NCBI GenBank assembly: GCA_963817095.1
Contig: CAWFND010000002.1
Span: 34,841-98,840, forward strand
DNA length: 64,000 bases
Direction of reading: 5' to 3'
Source: an uncultured Chloroflexia bacterium
Lineage (GTDB): Bacteria; Chloroflexota; Limnocylindria; Limnocylindrales; CSP1-4
Part shown: positions 60,240 through 64,000 of the stretch, piece after piece
Layout: every line of letters begins with the position of its first letter
Numbering within the stretch: the first letter of the stretch is position 1
Notes under the pieces: generated by a model
The model's input: only the letters and a program-made list of their open reading frames with translations
Databases searched by the model: none
What the model was told of the DNA's origin: nothing
Made by a program: the position numbers and the translations under genes

Positions 60240-60846
60240 GTGAGGACGATCGTCAAGGGCAAGAACATCGACGTCCCCGACAACGTCCGGGCGTACGCCG
60301 AGCGGAAGCTGTCCCGCCTCGAACGGATCCTCGACGACCGGAGCGACGCGCTCGTCGAGCTGTCCGTGGAGCAGTCCCGGAGCCTGGCGGACAGCCACAT
60401 CGTCGAGGTCACCCTCGTGATCGACGGTCACACCCTGCGGACCCACGCCGCCGCGTCGACCCATCGCGCGGGCGTGGACGAGGTCGTCGACAAGCTCGAG
60501 CGGCGCGCGGTCGACCACCGCGAGAAGCCGCGGGTCCGCGCCCGACCCGTCGAGGAGAAGGCGATCCTCCGGCAAGATCGCCGACGGCACCGCCGAGCGC
60601 GCGCGAGAGAGCCGGATCGTCAAGACGAAACGCTTCGCGATCGAGCCGATGTTCGCGGAGGACGCCCTCGAGCGGATGGAGGAGCTGGGCCACCGGTTCT
60701 TCGTCTTCGTCGACGCGGAGAGCGAGCGGGTGGCGATCCTCTACCGCCGGAACGACGGCGACTTCGGCCTGATCGAGCCGATGGTCGGTGGCGAGTACAC
60801 GAAGGGTCGAAGCAAGACGGCGAGTCGCAGCAACGGCCGCAACTGA
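60240..60846 (+). pseudogene. hpf: Long-form ribosome hibernation promoting factor, one frame break
   Basis: GTG 60240 follows ggagg. The N-terminal domain is VKGKNIDVPDNVRAYAERKLSRLERIL. The C-terminal dimerisation domain (RIVKTKRFAIEPMFAEDALERMEELGHRFFVFVD) is in the frame of ORF 60649..60846. The break lies at ~60571. Confidence 0.85.
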
Positions 60847-60850
60847 CCCG

Positions 60851-61198
60851 TCAGGCGTCCGGCAGGGCCGGTGCCATCGGCCGCGCCCGTCGGTAGATCC
60901 CCGCTTCGCGCGTCATGAGCCTCCCGTCGACCAGGTAGCGTCGGAGCGCAGCCACGTCCGGGTGCAGGAGGGCAAGCCGCATGTTGACCTCCTTCTCCTC
61001 GTACGGGCGGTCCTCCGGGAAGCACCGGTCGAGGATCACGGGAAGGAGCAGGTCGCGCTTGCCCGGCTTGGCCGGGATCGAGACGAGCCGGCCGTCGCGG
61101 AGGAACGCGCGGACCACCCTCTCCTGCTCGGTCAGGCGCCGGGTCGGCGGCTCGGTCGCGGGCCCGACCGGGCGGGACGGGTCGGTCGCGCCGGACAT
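60851..61198 (-). CDS. DUF2087-like small protein
   Basis: Intact 115 aa: VVRAFLRDGRLVSIPAKPGKRDLLLPVILDRCFPEDRPYEEKEVNMRLALLHPDVAALRRYLVD. Confidence 0.65.
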   Translation of the reverse strand: MSGATDPSRPVGPATEPPTRRLTEQERVVRAFLRDGRLVSIPAKPGKRDLLLPVILDRCFPEDRPYEEKEVNMRLALLHPDVAALRRYLVDGRLMTREAGIYRRARPMAPALPDA

Positions 61199-61230
61199 GG
61201 GGCGACCGTAGCAGAACCCCGCCCGCTACG

Positions 61231-62275
61231 ATGGCGCCCATGCTTCCCGACGGCCGACGGCTCGGAGCCCACCTCGCGATCGGCGACGGGATGGTCAAGG
61301 CGGCGGACCGGGCGGTCGCGATCGGGGCCGACGCCCTCCAGGTGTTCACGGACAACCCGACCGCGTGGCAGCGTCGGGCAGAACCGTCACCGGAGATCGA
61401 GGAGTTCCGGTCCATCCTGGCCGCCCATGACGTGGCGCCCCTCGCGGTCCACGCCTCCTACCTGATCAACCTCGCCGGGTCCGACGAGACCCTTCGCGCA
61501 CGGTCCCTGGAGCTGCTCGGGTCGGAGCTCGCAGCGGCCGATCGGTTCGGGGCGCGATTCGTCAACGTCCACACCGGGTCGCACGGCGGGAGCGGCCGCG
61601 AGGTCGGGATCGAGCGCCTCGCCGAGGGCATCGCGGAGACTCTCGCGGCGGAGACGGAGACGGCGACGACCACCGCGACGACGACCGAGTCCGGGCACGG
61701 CCCGGTGATCACGCTCGAGAATTCGTCCGGCGGGGGCGCCGGGCTCGGCGTCGACCTCGATGAGTGGGTCGCGATCGCCCGCGCGATCGACCGCGCCGGG
61801 ATCGACCGCGCGAGGGTCGCCTTCTGCATCGACACGGCCCACCTGTGGGGCGCCGGCATCGACGTGTCCACTCCGGCCGGGATCGACGAGCTCCTTTCCG
61901 GGTTCGACGGCGAGATCGGGATTGATCGATTGCCCCTGGTCCACCTGAACGACACGAAGGCCGAGCTCGGCTCGCGGATGGACCGCCACGAGCATCTCGG
62001 AGCTGGTCGCATCGGAGCGATCGGGCTGGCCCATGTCCTCCGCCACGCGCGCCTGGCGGGCGTCGCGTACATCCTCGAGACGCCGGGGATGGACGAGGGC
62101 TACGACGCGATCAACCTCGACCGAGCGCTCGCGCTCGCGCGCGGCGAGCCGCTGACACCGCTCCCGCCGGGCGCCCTGTCGCTGCGCGGGAGCCGCACGC
62201 CGCCACGCCGCGCAACCGGCCGAGCCGCTCCCGCTCGCCGCGGCCGCGGCGACGGCCGCGACCCGCCGCCCGTGA
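61231..62275 (+). pseudogene. nfo: Endonuclease IV (AP endonuclease, xylose-isomerase-like TIM barrel); C-terminal frame probably shifted
   Basis: LGAHLAI..ALQVFTDNP, HASYLINLA, VNVHTGSH, ITLENSSG, CIDTAHLW, HLNDTK..DRHEHLGAG. From ~62195 the adjacent frame has better GC3 (..AAQPAEPLPLAAAAATAATRRP) and stops in a GTGA overlap with GTG 62272. Confidence 0.8.
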
Positions 62276-63948
62276 CCGAGGCCCTCGCGGCGGCCCGATC
62301 GCGCGTCTCCACGACGGCGCTCGAATGGATCGGGCTCGTCTCGATCCTCGCCGGGGCCGCGGTCCTCCGCCTCGTCAGCCTCCCGACGCGCGGAACCTGG
62401 GACGCCGACCAGGGCCATGACATGCTCGTCCTCCGCGACTTCGTCCAGCAGGGCCAGATCCCGCTCCTCGGCCCGCCGACGTCGATCGGCGACTTCCACC
62501 ACGGAGTCCTCTACTACTTCCTCCTCGCGCCGGCGGCCGCCCTGTCCGGCATCGACCCGACCGCCGTGACCCTGTGGATCGCGATCGCCGGGATCGCCGC
62601 GGTCGGTGTCACGTTCTGGCTCGGGCGGTCGATCGGCGGCCCGGTCGCCGGTTTCGTCGCGGGGCTCCTCATGGCCGTCTCGGCGAGCGCCGTCGACGAG
62701 TCGACCTTCATCTGGAACCCCAACCTGATCGCGCTCTCGAGCGCGATCGCCCTCGCGGCCGCCTGGCACGCGTGGCAGGCGCGTCGCCCGCGGTGGTGGA
62801 TCGCTGCGGGCGCCGCCGCGATCGTGACGATGCACCTCCACGTGCTCGGCGTCCTCCTCACGCCGGTCGTCGCGGGCCTGCTGATCGCGGACCTCGTGCG
62901 GCGGCAGCGCGACCGGGACACGGCGGGCGTCGGCGCGGTCGTCGCCTCGGTCGGCTGGTGGATCCTCCTGTTCCTGCTCAGCTACATCCCGTTGGCAGTC
63001 CATGAAGCGACGACCGGTGGCTCGGAGCTCCGCGCGGCGCTCGCATTCCTGACCGCCGGCGAGCCGGCGTCCGTCTCGCTCCCCGCGCGCCTGCCGATCG
63101 TCGCCCTGCGTGTCCTCGGCTGGCCGCTGACCGGGCTGATCACCGACGCACCGCTCGCCACGATCGCGAGCGCGACGGTCGTCGTCGTCCTGACGATCTG
63201 GCGGGGCTGGTTCTCGCACCCGGGGTCCGTCACCTCTGCCGAAGCCGAGCAGGTGGCACTGGCCGAGCGAACCGGCGTCCGCTGGCTGGGCCTCGGGCTG
63301 CTGTGGACGGTGGTCGGGCTGACGGTCGGGGCATCGAGCCTCGCGACGGTCGTGATCGGGCTCCCGAATGACCACTATCACGCGTTCGCCGACCCGATGG
63401 TGTTCGTCCTCGTCGGGGTTGGCGTCGCCGCGTTGATCCGGATCGGCCTGCGTGCCGACGGCCGCTGGGCTCGTGCCGTCCGGGCAGTCGCCTCCGTGCT
63501 CGCGGCAGGGATCGTCATTCTGCTCGTGGGCTGGAACATCGTCCATCAGCCGCCCGCAGTTGCCGCCGATGGCGGCTGGCCGGCCGGCCAGGCTGCGGCC
63601 GCGCGAATCCTCGTGGCGACCGGCGGCGGGCCCGTCATCCTCGACAGCCTGCCGGCGGCGAAGTCGGCCGATGCGGTCCGGTTCCCGTTGGAGGCGTTGG
63701 TGCCGGGGATCGTCCAGGATCCTGGATCCAGTCCCGGTGGCGCGACCGGCGGCGCCAGCGGGTCGCCGGCCCGGGTCGTCCTCTGCGACCAGCTGTTCCA
63801 CGAGACGATCGGGGCCGCGTGCGGCGGCCCGGCCGAGGACGCGTGGATCGCCGCGGCGCTCGGGTCGGGGAGCCCTCCCCCAACGGTCGTCGATCGGTTC
63901 GAAGCCGCACCGGGCCGCTGGGTGACCGTCTACCGCGTCGGCGCCTGA
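62272..63948 (+). CDS. Large GT-C (ArnT/PMT_2-like) membrane glycosyltransferase
   Basis: GTG 62272 is in frame within ORF 61231..63948: WIGLVSILAGAAVLRLVSLPTRGTWDADQGHDML.., PNLIALSSAIALAAAW. About 10 TM helices plus a C-terminal soluble part. Confidence 0.7.
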   Translation: MTEALAAARSRVSTTALEWIGLVSILAGAAVLRLVSLPTRGTWDADQGHDMLVLRDFVQQGQIPLLGPPTSIGDFHHGVLYYFLLAPAAALSGIDPTAVTLWIAIAGIAAVGVTFWLGRSIGGPVAGFVAGLLMAVSASAVDESTFIWNPNLIALSSAIALAAAWHAWQARRPRWWIAAGAAAIVTMHLHVLGVLLTPVVAGLLIADLVRRQRDRDTAGVGAVVASVGWWILLFLLSYIPLAVHEATTGGSELRAALAFLTAGEPASVSLPARLPIVALRVLGWPLTGLITDAPLATIASATVVVVLTIWRGWFSHPGSVTSAEAEQVALAERTGVRWLGLGLLWTVVGLTVGASSLATVVIGLPNDHYHAFADPMVFVLVGVGVAALIRIGLRADGRWARAVRAVASVLAAGIVILLVGWNIVHQPPAVAADGGWPAGQAAAARILVATGGGPVILDSLPAAKSADAVRFPLEALVPGIVQDPGSSPGGATGGASGSPARVVLCDQLFHETIGAACGGPAEDAWIAAALGSGSPPPTVVDRFEAAPGRWVTVYRVGA

Positions 63949-64000
63949 CACTCCGCGCCTACGCGATCTCCGAACTGGCTCTCAGCCCGACCGCGTTCGT

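Noticed and set aside
61231-63948. 905-aa single ORF suggesting an endonuclease IV/GT-C fusion protein
   Set aside because: From ~62195 the adjacent frame has better GC3 and ends in a TGA that overlaps an in-frame GTG (62272) at the start of the membrane domain. This is the same GTGA coupling seen throughout the window. A single frame error most likely fused two separate genes.
1-64000. Search for tRNA, rRNA, tmRNA, RNase P or riboswitch signatures in intergenic regions
   Set aside because: I recognised no T-loop (GGTTCGAAT-type) or other conserved RNA motifs by eye. This is weak negative evidence only, and a covariance-model scan is needed.

Overview
This is a bacterial chromosome segment with very high G+C. 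Codon third positions are almost all G/C, so the ORF track is full of spurious long Arg/Pro/Ala-rich ORFs in wrong frames and on the wrong strand. I chose genes by protein-like sequence, family motifs, third-position G/C bias, and ATGA/GTGA start-stop overlaps. The window has three blocks. (1) nt 1-4.3 kb holds a DUF5317-like/MFS fusion, an acidic membrane protein with a Ser/Pro repeat ectodomain, and pcm. (2) nt 4.3-47.1 kb is an unusually large envelope-glycan island. It carries about 19 polytopic GT-C-type membrane proteins (small GT87/DUF2029-like and large ArnT/PMT-like), three polyprenyl-phosphate-type GT2s and one GT4. It also has two SDR epimerase/dehydratases, a nucleotide-sugar dehydrogenase, two methyltransferases, a PIG-L deacetylase and a CelD-like acyltransferase. 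Further members are an alkaline-phosphatase-superfamily (LtaS/sulfatase-like) transferase, a fused MFS/spermidine-synthase-like protein, and a ~5 kb secreted gene encoding an S8 protease, three unknown domains and seven FN3 domains. (3) nt 47.1-58.4 kb holds a HisKA_3 kinase, a NarL-type regulator and a degenerate kinase, followed by a Tad/Flp pilus locus with 4-5 tandem flp genes. After that come an XRE-nuclease-like gene, comF, hpf, DUF2087, nfo and one more GT-C gene. Roughly half of the genes are broken by 1-nt frame changes, and those I could localise sit mostly at short G/C homopolymers. Consensus errors are therefore as likely as real pseudogenes. I saw no rRNA, tRNA, CRISPR array, transposase or integrase.
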